From sequence record NC_042060.1: a DNA stretch of 64,000 nucleotides. The stretch is one strand, 5' to 3'. The stretch's first letter is position 1, and each line of letters begins with the position of its first letter. Below the pieces are notes generated by a model, which saw nothing but the letters and a program-made list of their open reading frames with translations, searched no databases and had not been told where the DNA came from. Both the position numbers and the translations under genes were made by a program. Positions 8,281 to 22,287 of the stretch are shown here, piece by piece.

Positions 8281-8544
8281 TTACCTCTTGAGGTAAATGC
8301 TCGGATAATAAACTACATTATATTTAAAGAAATCACTTACCTTGAATTTTATGTTCGGTGCAGTGATTAGATAACAATAATCACCATCAACCATAACGCG
8401 TCGATCATGGCTATATACCCTAGGACCATGTAACGGAGAAGTTACATAAATCCCATTGGGAAGATTCCGTAAATCGTCTTTATTCAGAAACTTACCATTA
8501 GGATTTATAGTTAATGGATAACAACCAGGATTAAGTTTATGCAT
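8281..8544 (-). CDS. Hypothetical protein, paralog of 7698..7925
   Basis: 87 aa; gaggtg SD. Confidence 0.8.
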   Translation of the reverse strand: MHKLNPGCYPLTINPNGKFLNKDDLRNLPNGIYVTSPLHGPRVYSHDRRVMVDGDYCYLITAPNIKFKVSDFFKYNVVYYPSIYLKR

Positions 8545-8560
8545 ATTTCACCTCTTTTAT

Positions 8561-8589
8561 AAACCACCCTTATATAGGGTGGTTTTTTT
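8561..8589. terminator. Terminator
   Basis: aaaccaccct/agggtggttt stem with T-rich flank. Confidence 0.7.
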
Positions 8590-8865
8590 CTATTGACCAA
8601 TATACGTGCTGGTGTATAATTCAATGGTTGGTTTATGAATGGTCAGATTATATTTCTTAGCTAAATCATCAATATCCCTGGAACAATCAATGAATTTGCC
8701 AGTCTCTCGGTAGCGCATCACCCATGAACCCCGAAATGGTGCATCATCTAATGGATTAATACCATATTCACGACATACCACAATTGCTTCATGTCGTGGA
8801 GTAGCACCAGTAGTGACAAAGTGATTTTCATAAACTGGGATCATTGATACATCTTTATTGCTCAT
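8590..8865 (-). CDS. Hypothetical protein, paralog of 9859..10110
   Basis: REYGINP..P.RGSWV.R...TG.FID motif; start moved to MSNKDV (agagagg SD). Confidence 0.8.
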   Translation of the reverse strand: MSNKDVSMIPVYENHFVTTGATPRHEAIVVCREYGINPLDDAPFRGSWVMRYRETGKFIDCSRDIDDLAKKYNLTIHKPTIELYTSTYIGQ

Positions 8866-8906
8866 AATAACCTCTCTAAAATTACCTGAAGGGATATGCA
8901 TGATAT

Positions 8907-9404
8907 TTATTTTTGTTTTTGACTGATCATGGAGGCATTGGTGAAGTAATATAACGCATGTTTCCAATCTTGAGGGTCATATGTGCACTTATGAGCAACC
9001 ACATAATCACCATCAATTTTTTTGAACAAGTTTACCATGATCACCTCATCCATATCAGTCCCGTTATGCACAGTTTGATAATTCAGTCTCACCAACATGT
9101 CATCTACATTGGTTTTCAACTGGAGACCATCTTTGAAGAAATCACGAACACCATCCATGATTTGTTCATTGCGAGACAGGATGTTTTCAGAGATCTGTTC
9201 GAACATACCCCTTGCACCGATCAAACGTAATTGATCGTAATTGGGTTCACCCATGCAGATGGCCTCATCATCACGATTACACATCTTCTCCAGCAGAACG
9301 ATAGGGTTATAATCCCAAGCAACCCCACCAGTTACAACAGAGGTCAAATAGCCATAGAGACTGAGTTCACTGTCACGCTCATTTGCAGGAATCATGCGGT
9401 TCAT
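8907..9404 (-). CDS. Hypothetical protein
   Basis: Start moved to MNRMIPA (gagga SD). Confidence 0.75.
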   Translation of the reverse strand: MNRMIPANERDSELSLYGYLTSVVTGGVAWDYNPIVLLEKMCNRDDEAICMGEPNYDQLRLIGARGMFEQISENILSRNEQIMDGVRDFFKDGLQLKTNVDDMLVRLNYQTVHNGTDMDEVIMVNLFKKIDGDYVVAHKCTYDPQDWKHALYYFTNASMISQKQK

Positions 9405-9439
9405 AATTAACGATCCTCGTATTGGTGTTGCAGCATAGC

Positions 9440-9823
9440 TCAGCAAGTCTCTTGAGCTTTCTCAAAACTAGCCATCGAGCGGGTGCGCGCACGCTGTAGA
9501 ATAGACAAGCCGTATTTTTTGAACTTCTTCTTGTGGATGAAACCAAGGCGTTCGTAGATGAAGTCTTTACGGTCGGCGCGAGGTTTACCATCAGCTACGA
9601 TACCACGGTCGAAAAGAGCCCAGAACAGAGCGCTTTCATCATGCAGGTAGTTGGCCATTTCCTGAGGCCACTGAACTGCGCATAGAGCAACGATTTGTTC
9701 AAGTAAACCACTATCTGAGATGGCATAGTACTCACGACCCTGAACATAGTTCATTTTGTCGAAGTTGCACATAGCCAGTCTGCCAGTACCCTGGTTGATT
9801 TTCTTTTGAATGTGTTCGTTCAT
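9440..9823 (-). CDS. Hypothetical protein
   Basis: 127 aa ORF, aggt SD. Confidence 0.75.
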   Translation of the reverse strand: MNEHIQKKINQGTGRLAMCNFDKMNYVQGREYYAISDSGLLEQIVALCAVQWPQEMANYLHDESALFWALFDRGIVADGKPRADRKDFIYERLGFIHKKKFKKYGLSILQRARTRSMASFEKAQETC

Positions 9824-9858
9824 GGTTTGACCTATTTTCAGATTTGGATTAATTATAG

Positions 9859-10110
9859 CTAGACGAAGGTATTGCGTTCGAATTGGATGGAATTACGTTC
9901 AACAATATCGTTGAGGTATTTATCATTGTCGATAAATTCCCCAGTGAGCATGTTACGCAGAACCCAGTTCCCCCGAAGTGGTATACCGCTGTTAGGGTTG
10001 ATCCCGTATTCACGCATCAAAATCCGACGATTGTGGTCAACACCTGGCTCCATGTAAGATTCACTGATAAAACATTCCACCATGTTGATAACTTCTTTAG
10101 ATTCGCTCAT
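9859..10110 (-). CDS. Hypothetical protein, paralog of 8590..8865
   Basis: REYGINP..PLRGNWVLR...TGEFID; aagga SD. Confidence 0.8.
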   Translation of the reverse strand: MSESKEVINMVECFISESYMEPGVDHNRRILMREYGINPNSGIPLRGNWVLRNMLTGEFIDNDKYLNDIVERNSIQFERNTFV

Positions 10111-10181
10111 TGACTTATTCCTTCTTTTGCAGGTATTATGTAATACGATAATGGATTATGGCTTTAACCATCAGATCCTTT

Positions 10182-10604
10182 TCACGCAGTTGGTTTGAAT
10201 GGATTTGCACTACGACTACGTTTTTGATATGAAATTAGTGCACCCCATACATTATCGGCTGATACATATTCAGGCATAGCTTTTTCATCATTGTAACTGA
10301 CACGGTATGCCTTAGCCACACCTGTGCTATCTACAATGTGAACTTTTTCAATGACAAATGCTTTTCCAGAAGGCCCAGGGATATGTAATCCTCTTTTAAA
10401 AAGTTCTTCAAGAATGCGTTCTAATGCAATTTTAGCATTAGGGTAATCATTATCAAGTGACTTAATACCACCTTTAATTTTATTATCTAGGTCACTGAGT
10501 GCCTTTTTAAAAACACTAACATCATGATCAAAACATTCGAGAGTGTGATCGAAGTTTTGCATGAGCGCTATTAGTAGACCATTAGGAAATACTACTTTTG
10601 ACAT
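10182..10604 (-). CDS. Hypothetical protein
   Basis: 140 aa, agggtg SD. Confidence 0.8.
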   Translation of the reverse strand: MSKVVFPNGLLIALMQNFDHTLECFDHDVSVFKKALSDLDNKIKGGIKSLDNDYPNAKIALERILEELFKRGLHIPGPSGKAFVIEKVHIVDSTGVAKAYRVSYNDEKAMPEYVSADNVWGALISYQKRSRSANPFKPTA

Positions 10605-10614
10605 ATATCACCTA

Positions 10615-10971
10615 TTAGTAAACAGTTGGGAACGTTTGTAGGAACCAATCATTAATACGTGTATTAACACTAGCCCCGTGTTCAGGCGCTACTTTAAAAC
10701 CAGCGACGATGTCCTGTAACTCTTCAGTGAGTTTGTTGTGTACTTTACCTTCACAATCGATAAAGTCTTCTGCGGTTGGCATAACCTCAGCGCGAATAAC
10801 AGAGGCACGCTTAGAAAGCATTGTAAGAATTTCATTAGACACTGAAGCAGCATTACGCAACTTATTGATTTTTACATCAATAACAGTTTTATGATAGATT
10901 TTACCAACTGCACACATTGTAACTGAACCAACAAAAATACCAAGACAGAGTGATACTTTATCAATATTCAT
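10615..10971 (-). CDS. N-terminally membrane-anchored protein
   Basis: Hydrophobic residues ~7-26 followed by a basic helical region. Confidence 0.75.
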   Translation of the reverse strand: MNIDKVSLCLGIFVGSVTMCAVGKIYHKTVIDVKINKLRNAASVSNEILTMLSKRASVIRAEVMPTAEDFIDCEGKVHNKLTEELQDIVAGFKVAPEHGASVNTRINDWFLQTFPTVY

Positions 10972-11032
10972 TTTGTATACCTATTTACGTTTATTGAAGT
11001 GATTAAAAAATAATACGATGTAGAAAATAAAA

Positions 11033-11050
11033 GGGAGTCCGAAGACTCCC
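11033..11050 (-). terminator. Terminator
   Basis: gggagtc-UUCG-gactccc on the minus strand followed by tttt. Confidence 0.8.
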
Positions 11051-11058
11051 ATTATCAG

Positions 11059-11499
11059 TTACACATCTGACACATCATCGAACAGATCAAGTTGTTTCCG
11101 ATTACGTCGTTCTTCTTCTTCGATACGACGATTCTCTTCTTCAATCTCTTTCTGCCGTTTGACAAGCCTCCTGTGCAGACTCATTTGCCATGCAGTATCA
11201 TAACGGCATCGCACTGATTCAATATATTTAAGCCCTACTTCATTAATGCTCTCAAGAAGATCCAGTGACACAAGTGTCTCCTTGGATGCATTAATGCTAG
11301 CCTTAAGATAATGGGCCATTGCTGTTGCTGGATGGAACGGTAGTTTATCGACATCCATGGTCTTTTGATAAGCTTTCAGTTTATGGATAATAATTCGTCC
11401 ATAATAGAATTCATAGAGTTTTTCTCTAGAATCCCAAGCAAGCTTACCGAGTACGGCTCCACTTACCATCCCTAATGTAAGAGATAGCTTAGAGTTCAT
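11059..11499 (-). CDS. Putative membrane-anchored coiled-coil protein
   Basis: Start moved to MNSKLSLTLG; charged C-terminal coiled coil. Confidence 0.7.
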   Translation of the reverse strand: MNSKLSLTLGMVSGAVLGKLAWDSREKLYEFYYGRIIIHKLKAYQKTMDVDKLPFHPATAMAHYLKASINASKETLVSLDLLESINEVGLKYIESVRCRYDTAWQMSLHRRLVKRQKEIEEENRRIEEEERRNRKQLDLFDDVSDV

Positions 11500-11806
11500 T
11501 GTTAATTGCATCCTTAATCCAGTTACGGATTTTTGATTTAATTCGATGTTTATCACTGATGGTGTTAAACATATCCAATCCATCATTAATAACGTATATA
11601 AGCTCTACTTCAATAAAGTCCGTCATTACTTCCACGGTGGTATTATCTGAATTAGATTTGATATAATCGGAATAGTCCTTTACTTTTTCACGGATATTCT
11701 TTTCTAATTTAATCTCATTATAAACAGTCACACTGACTTCGAACACATAGATGGTACCAGCCAGCATGAGACCAGTTTTTACAACATTACCGATAATGGA
11801 AAGCAT
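11489..11806 (-). CDS. N-terminally membrane-anchored protein
   Basis: 105 aa, hydrophobic N-terminus. Confidence 0.75.
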   Translation of the reverse strand: MLSIIGNVVKTGLMLAGTIYVFEVSVTVYNEIKLEKNIREKVKDYSDYIKSNSDNTTVEVMTDFIEVELIYVINDGLDMFNTISDKHRIKSKIRNWIKDAINNEL

Positions 11807-11851
11807 GATAATATCCTATTAGTTAATGAATGTAGATTTATTTTGATTATA

Positions 11852-12013
11852 TTAAAACTTGATATTTAGAACACGTTTAGCTATTATAATACCAACATAT
11901 ACTCCTAGTGCTATCTCCGCATATTTGGTGATGACGTTTTTAATCTTCTTATGTTTAGGTGCCTCGGGCACATCCGCGATAAGTTTTTGAAGTTTAACTT
12001 TATCAATATTCAT
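11852..12013 (-). CDS. Small membrane protein (53 aa, MNIDKVKLQK...)
   Basis: C-terminal hydrophobic helix; start moved to the aagga SD. Confidence 0.7.
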   Translation of the reverse strand: MNIDKVKLQKLIADVPEAPKHKKIKNVITKYAEIALGVYVGIIIAKRVLNIKF

Positions 12014-12121
12014 TTGTATTTTCCTTTTTACGATTAATTGAAGGTTTAACAAACTCATTCAAATATAATTTTATTATCGTAATTATATTTGAATGGGGCC
12101 TCAGTGAGGCCCTATCCATTT

Positions 12122-12460
12122 TTACATCTTACGAACTGTATCGAATACTTGATTCGTATAGTCATCGCCATAAATGATCGACAGCTTATTACGAATTACA
12201 TCCAGTCGATGTTTTTCAATATTGCTCTCAGCAACAGCACTATCCATTGTCTCAGTCATTGCAGCATTGACGAACATCATGAACTCATCTGATTCACCAT
12301 ACTCTTTTGAAATACTTTTAAACTGATCCCTGAAACCCATGAGTTTGTCAAAGTTGGCTTTAGTCTCTTTAGCCTTCTTGTAGATAACATACCCAGTTCC
12401 AGCCAGTGATGCAGTGGCCAGAAGAAAAGATACACCTTTTGCAATCGTATTGAATTTCAT
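12122..12460 (-). CDS. N-terminally membrane-anchored protein
   Basis: GVSFLLATASLAGTGYVIY followed by KKAKETK. Confidence 0.8.
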   Translation of the reverse strand: MKFNTIAKGVSFLLATASLAGTGYVIYKKAKETKANFDKLMGFRDQFKSISKEYGESDEFMMFVNAAMTETMDSAVAESNIEKHRLDVIRNKLSIIYGDDYTNQVFDTVRKM

Positions 12461-12494
12461 AATAAATATTCCTATTTACTAATATTAAAACTAT

Positions 12495-12941
12495 TTAATA
12501 GTTTCTGAAATGTTCACAAGTCGTTACTTCTTTCAGTCGTTTGATGATGTAATCTCGACTTTTATTGAATTGAAGTTTCTTTGCGTCATCCAGTTCATCC
12601 CATTGTGTAATTCTGGCCAGTTCAGGAACATTGTCATATTTTGCTTTGTTAAGTTTTTTAATCATGTCCCATACATAGCAACCTTCGATAAACCACAAAA
12701 GACTCGTGTATGTATCCTTGTCAATTAAATTTACTCCATAAAGACTAAGGTCAACCTTGGCTTCTTCTGCCATTTTAATGGTTTTCTTATAATTATCAAA
12801 TACATTGTGGAGGTTATGCTCTTCGCCACTGCTATCACAGTTTTCAATAGCTTTCATCAACTCCGGAAATGTATCACTATAGAACTTGATCAATTTACGA
12901 GTAATCGCCTCTTGCACTTTCTGCTTTTTAGTCTTTGCCAT
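12495..12941 (-). CDS. Hypothetical early protein
   Basis: 148 aa; first ORF after the early promoter; aggtgg SD. Confidence 0.8.
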   Translation of the reverse strand: MAKTKKQKVQEAITRKLIKFYSDTFPELMKAIENCDSSGEEHNLHNVFDNYKKTIKMAEEAKVDLSLYGVNLIDKDTYTSLLWFIEGCYVWDMIKKLNKAKYDNVPELARITQWDELDDAKKLQFNKSRDYIIKRLKEVTTCEHFRNY

Positions 12942-12999
12942 TTTATTTCCACCTATTTACATTAAGTTGTATGATAATGTTTACAGTATTGTCACAAAT

Positions 13000-13007
13000 G
13001 TAATATA
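13000..13007 (-). promoter_or_regulatory. Early promoter TATATTAC
   Basis: ttttaaacagTATATTACat. Confidence 0.85.
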
Positions 13008-13029
13008 CTGTTTAAAATGGTTTGAATAT

Positions 13030-13059
13030 ACGACATAAAGCCTTCCCCTGAGGGAAGGC
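13030..13059 (-). terminator. Terminator with TATGTCGT tail
   Basis: gccttccc/gggaaggc stem followed by tttatgtcgt on the minus strand. Confidence 0.8.
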
Positions 13060-13064
13060 CAATG

Positions 13065-13553
13065 TTAAACCGATGAATCTATCCACGGTGGATAAACAAC
13101 CACAATCTGGTTAGGCATGTGATTAGACCAATCTTCAATGATAGTTCTAACATCAGAGAAATCTAATCCACCATTAGCACACCCTAGAGGTGGTATGATA
13201 ATTTTCCAATCTGGATGAATACAGTCTTCTTCATTTTCCGCAGAATCCGATACGTTCTCCATCATCCACTCTAGACCACGTTCAATGAAACTAATTTGAG
13301 ATGGGTTCCGCCAGTTATCCTTAGTAGGAAACATCATGAAACGTTTACCATCGGATGCTTTGTAAATAACCGGATTACCAATAGTAATAATTCTCTTTTT
13401 GCAATCGTGTTTGTATCTTTCAAAAAGTTCAGGATACTTTTCTTTAAACGATTTGGCTAAACCAGCGCCCATGACGCCAACAACATTAACAGTGATTAGA
13501 TAAAGATCACCAGGTACATTGAATATATCTTTACCTATAATAAATTCAGCCAT
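13065..13553 (-). CDS. Macrodomain protein, DarG-like ADP-ribosylhydrolase (gp104-like)
   Basis: TVNVVGVMGAGLA, FPTKDNWR and IPPLGCANGGLDF motifs. Confidence 0.88.
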   Translation of the reverse strand: MAEFIIGKDIFNVPGDLYLITVNVVGVMGAGLAKSFKEKYPELFERYKHDCKKRIITIGNPVIYKASDGKRFMMFPTKDNWRNPSQISFIERGLEWMMENVSDSAENEEDCIHPDWKIIIPPLGCANGGLDFSDVRTIIEDWSNHMPNQIVVVYPPWIDSSV

Positions 13554-13633
13554 GATAATGGCTCCTTCTACAAGAGTACTAATGAGAAGATCAAAACATA
13601 GACCTTCTCATTAGATTGGGTGCATTTCCAGGC

Positions 13634-14026
13634 TTATTGGATTTCTGGATTAGCGTTGTAGAAGCCAATATAAGCCTTATTAAATTTCAAGTAATAATTA
13701 TACTCTGAAGGCTCACCAGTTATTTCCCTAAATACCTTAGCAGTTATAACTTCGAACTTAGAACGCCGTAGCATTGGGAATAATTTCTTACTGCGCGATA
13801 GCTCACACAATCTAATCGAGATAGCTTGATCTTTAAATAAACCTGATTTAGTAAAGAAAGCACCTTCATGAAGCCATTGAATTACTTCATTGAAGTCTGC
13901 GCGCCATTTCTTATGCTCATTTAAAGTTTTACCATTTATAAGATACCATAAAGCTCTAACTTTAGATCCAATAGTAAAAATACCTATTACCATTACTGCT
14001 AGACATATAGCAATTATAAATGACAT
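13634..14026 (-). CDS. Membrane-anchored protein (gp103 position)
   Basis: Start moved to MSFIIAICL (aggagg SD); N-terminal TM helix. Confidence 0.8.
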   Translation of the reverse strand: MSFIIAICLAVMVIGIFTIGSKVRALWYLINGKTLNEHKKWRADFNEVIQWLHEGAFFTKSGLFKDQAISIRLCELSRSKKLFPMLRRSKFEVITAKVFREITGEPSEYNYYLKFNKAYIGFYNANPEIQ

Positions 14027-14034
14027 ATGTCCTC

Positions 14035-14160
14035 CTAAATACCATTGAAGATTAAAGTTCCTATTAGTGAGAGAATGAATAACACGACCACATGATGAAG
14101 TTTTATCCATGTTTCAGGTACTACCGGTTGTTTAGGTTTATTTAAAGGGATGTTTTCCAT
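14035..14160 (-). CDS. Small single-TM protein (41 aa, MENIPLNKPK...VVVLFILSLIGTLIFNGI)
   Basis: Manual translation; ggag SD; first ORF after the early promoter; its stop overlaps the next SD. Confidence 0.7.
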   Translation of the reverse strand: MENIPLNKPKQPVVPETWIKLHHVVVLFILSLIGTLIFNGI

Positions 14161-14187
14161 GTATATACTCCACATTAGTTCATATGT

Positions 14188-14195
14188 GTAATATA
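14188..14195 (-). promoter_or_regulatory. Early promoter TATATTAC
   Basis: tcttaaacagTATATTACac. Confidence 0.85.
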
Positions 14196-14199
14196 CTGT

Positions 14200-14622
14200 T
14201 TAAGATCTTTCAAATACACCTTTCCAATTAGTAGGTCTTGGATAGGACCTAGGTAGTGATTCAGAATGTATAATGAATCCCTCGATATCCCCTTCTTTTG
14301 TTTTAACAGCAACTATATCTTTGATAATACCTTTTATTTGTAATAAGCTATTCATAATCTCACGATAGAGTTGATCAAATCTATTTGCAATGATATTAGG
14401 ATTTATTGGATAACCACAAATTGATTTATAGAAACTACACATTACATCATTGTATCTATCTGGAACACATGTCCAAAAGAAATTATGTCGTTCTTTAATA
14501 TAAAGAATGATCAAGTAGTTAAGATCATCTTCATCTTTTGCGGTATAATTAAAGTATTGTTTTAATTCAGAAAAGAATTGTTGTGACCACCTCACATCAA
14601 CTCGTATAAATAGTTGTTCCAT
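14200..14622 (-). CDS. Hypothetical protein (gp102 position)
   Basis: Start moved to MEQLFIRV (aggtg SD). Confidence 0.75.
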   Translation of the reverse strand: MEQLFIRVDVRWSQQFFSELKQYFNYTAKDEDDLNYLIILYIKERHNFFWTCVPDRYNDVMCSFYKSICGYPINPNIIANRFDQLYREIMNSLLQIKGIIKDIVAVKTKEGDIEGFIIHSESLPRSYPRPTNWKGVFERS

Positions 14623-14646
14623 AATACACCTAAATAAACCCTCCAC

Positions 14647-16612
<1,966 letters not shown>

Positions 16613-16616
16613 GGTA

Positions 16617-19672
<3,056 letters not shown>

Positions 19673-19700
19673 TTAAGATCATAAGATCATGGTCTAACAG

Positions 19701-19733
19701 CATAAAAGGGAGCCATGAAGGCTCCCCGTTATG
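19701..19733 (-). terminator. Terminator
   Basis: gggagcc/ggctccc stem with CATA and TATG flanks. Confidence 0.75.
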
Positions 19734-19737
19734 TTTG

Positions 19738-22188
19738 TTACTTAATGGCACGATTCACAGCAGTGTTAATTGCATTGGTAAGAGCTACAATGTAATCAAC
19801 TAGAACGGTGTGGTTTTCAGCCGATTGGCCAACAACTTCCCATACTGCACTAGCTAGTTGCCGGACTTTCTTTTTACCGGCTTTACTATCCATGCTAGCC
19901 ACTTTAGAGATATCACGGTTAGCTTGGTCAAGACGACGTACACCGCGGTTACCGCTAACTTTTAGAGAGGCATTACCAAGACCAATTAGAACTTTAGAAA
20001 GTTTCATTAGTTCAGTAACGTCCTTACGGCTAACTTTAGCAGTAGCAGTACCGGTAGCACCCCATTCACCAGTTGGAAGTGCAATAGCAGCTAATCGTTC
20101 AATATCTTTACTAGTGCGACCAGTTACATCACGGCCAGACTTCTCGAAGGTAAAACTACCTTCTAGTTTTCCACTGATAAATGAACTCTCAGGATATTTC
20201 TTAACAGGTACTTCTAATTTAGTTGCTTCTTCTAGAGCCTTATCAATAGCTTCTTCACTATCAGCTTCAATAGCAGTTGATAGGTGACCAACTAAACGTT
20301 CGATGTATTCACCATCGATTTTGAAGCATTTGTTAATAATATCGCTAATACGACGAACTTCTCCAGCAACACCGCGTACTAGATTATCATCACCTTTTAG
20401 AATACCATTAATTTTGATTTCTTTATTTTCAAAATTATCAGTATCTTTAAGCTTAACTAGAAGTTGGTCAGCTTTAGTATTAGCTGCGGCTAGTTCTTTT
20501 TGGTTAGCTTTAACATGGATGGATGCATTTGCACCTTCAGCAATGTTGTCGATAATATTTCGAACAAACTTACCAATAGTGCTATTAAATGATTCTAGCG
20601 AAGTAACCATCGCCTTATAGTAATCTTCTAGATTACCATAACCATAATCTTCCATTGCTGGAACACCAGGTGAATAGACATCAAAGGCGTTATGCAGGCG
20701 TTCTAAACAGCTATTAGCATGTACGATGAACTGAGGACTATATTGCTTATGTTCTAGGCCATAATGTAGAATCTCAAGCATGGATTCATTTGATGCCTGC
20801 TCTTCAAGTAATTGACCAATGGTTTTCTTACCATCTTCAATGTCATCTTCAAGCTTATCGGCTTCTTCAACTGCCTCATCAGCAGTCTCGTCAGCTTCTT
20901 CAACATCATCTTCAGTTACTTCTACGTCAACATCCGGGATGTCAATTTCACCTTCAGCTAACTTTTCTTCGATGTCATCTTCTGAAACGTCATCATCTGT
21001 TTCTGCAACAATTGTTTCACTGTCGTCTTCAACAGCACCTTCTTCAATTGTTGGTTCGGAAATAGTAGATGCCGTTTCGGTTTCAGCAACTGTTTCTTCA
21101 GTTTCAGCTTCATTGATTAATACATCAGTAGAATCACTGTCATCATTAGTTAATTCTTCTTCAGCTTCATCCCGAACTTCTTCCAATTCGCTTAAGCCTT
21201 CTTCAGCTACTTCTGCTGTTTCGGCAGCTTCTTCTACAATTGGATCAGTTACAGCTACTTCTTCATCAACTGCTACGATTTCATCTGGTTCAGCTTCAGC
21301 AGGAACACTTTCAGATTCCGCCTCTACTACTTCAGCTACTTCACTATCAGTTGTATCCGGCGTATCTTCTACGGTTTCAACAACTTCTGTTTCAGCATCA
21401 GCTACAGCTGGTTCAGTAATTTCGACTTCTTCTGTTTCAGTGATCTCTGTCTCAGGTTCATCATTGGAACTTTCATCAGCAGTTGTTTGCTCAGCACCGG
21501 CTTCTTCAGGAGTTACATCGTCATCAATACCAGGGACTGCTTCACTTACAACTTCACCAGCATCTAACACTTCATCTGGTAGTGTATCCATGGTTGATGA
21601 AACAGGTTCATCACCAGCTGGAAGTTCCTCAGATAGTGGTGCAGGCGGTGGAGTTTCGTCACCAAGTGGGGTTTCTTCAGTGGGGGTTAATTCCACTGCT
21701 GTTTCACCAGGTGCTTCTGCAACAGGTACTAGTTCAGTATCATCAGCCGCATCTTGTGCAGCTTCAATAATTTCAGTGGTTGAATCTAAAACCTCTTTAC
21801 CGCCTTCAGAAATTGTACCGATTTCTTCAGCGATTTCAGCTTCAGCAACTTTAACTGCTTCTTCGCCTTCTTCGACACTAGTGGTAGCTAGCGGTTCAGG
21901 AATACTTTCCTCAACAACAGTTTCTTCTGGTACAACTTCTTCAACAATTACTGCTGACTTATCAGCAGCATGTGCTGTTTCTTCATGTTCTTCAGCAGAG
22001 ATAATATCAGTATCTGTTTTAACAGTTTCATTCTCAATAGTTGCAGATGCATCATTATCTTTCTTTAAATCTTGAACTAGTTCATGATCATCTTTAACAG
22101 ATGTCTCGACTTTGGATACATCCTGTTCCACAGCCGTACCATCTTGGTTCTCAAGGCTGGCTACATATTTGTGAATATTTACCATCAT
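19738..22188 (-). CDS. Inner-body/head protein (gp97-like) with a very long acidic propeptide
   Basis: 816 aa; E/D/T/V/A-rich N-terminal ~460 aa; AME and SLE motifs. Confidence 0.85.
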   Translation of the reverse strand: MMVNIHKYVASLENQDGTAVEQDVSKVETSVKDDHELVQDLKKDNDASATIENETVKTDTDIISAEEHEETAHAADKSAVIVEEVVPEETVVEESIPEPLATTSVEEGEEAVKVAEAEIAEEIGTISEGGKEVLDSTTEIIEAAQDAADDTELVPVAEAPGETAVELTPTEETPLGDETPPPAPLSEELPAGDEPVSSTMDTLPDEVLDAGEVVSEAVPGIDDDVTPEEAGAEQTTADESSNDEPETEITETEEVEITEPAVADAETEVVETVEDTPDTTDSEVAEVVEAESESVPAEAEPDEIVAVDEEVAVTDPIVEEAAETAEVAEEGLSELEEVRDEAEEELTNDDSDSTDVLINEAETEETVAETETASTISEPTIEEGAVEDDSETIVAETDDDVSEDDIEEKLAEGEIDIPDVDVEVTEDDVEEADETADEAVEEADKLEDDIEDGKKTIGQLLEEQASNESMLEILHYGLEHKQYSPQFIVHANSCLERLHNAFDVYSPGVPAMEDYGYGNLEDYYKAMVTSLESFNSTIGKFVRNIIDNIAEGANASIHVKANQKELAAANTKADQLLVKLKDTDNFENKEIKINGILKGDDNLVRGVAGEVRRISDIINKCFKIDGEYIERLVGHLSTAIEADSEEAIDKALEEATKLEVPVKKYPESSFISGKLEGSFTFEKSGRDVTGRTSKDIERLAAIALPTGEWGATGTATAKVSRKDVTELMKLSKVLIGLGNASLKVSGNRGVRRLDQANRDISKVASMDSKAGKKKVRQLASAVWEVVGQSAENHTVLVDYIVALTNAINTAVNRAIK

Positions 22189-22287
22189 GTTAATATACCT
22201 TCTGTACAGAGTTTATGAGTTATGCTATTCGTCTTAGTCATAACTCCAAGCGACGAACGTTAACATTCAAAATATTGCGCTGGAATC

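Noticed and set aside
7960-8370. 136-aa plus-strand ORF
   Set aside because: Antisense to the XRE gene, which has a recognisable domain
19808-20620. Antisense ORFs inside gp97
   Set aside because: Shadow frames with no independent evidence
20819-22075. 418-aa Ser-rich antisense ORF
   Set aside because: Mirror of GAA/GAT/GCT-rich acidic codons in gp97; an artefact
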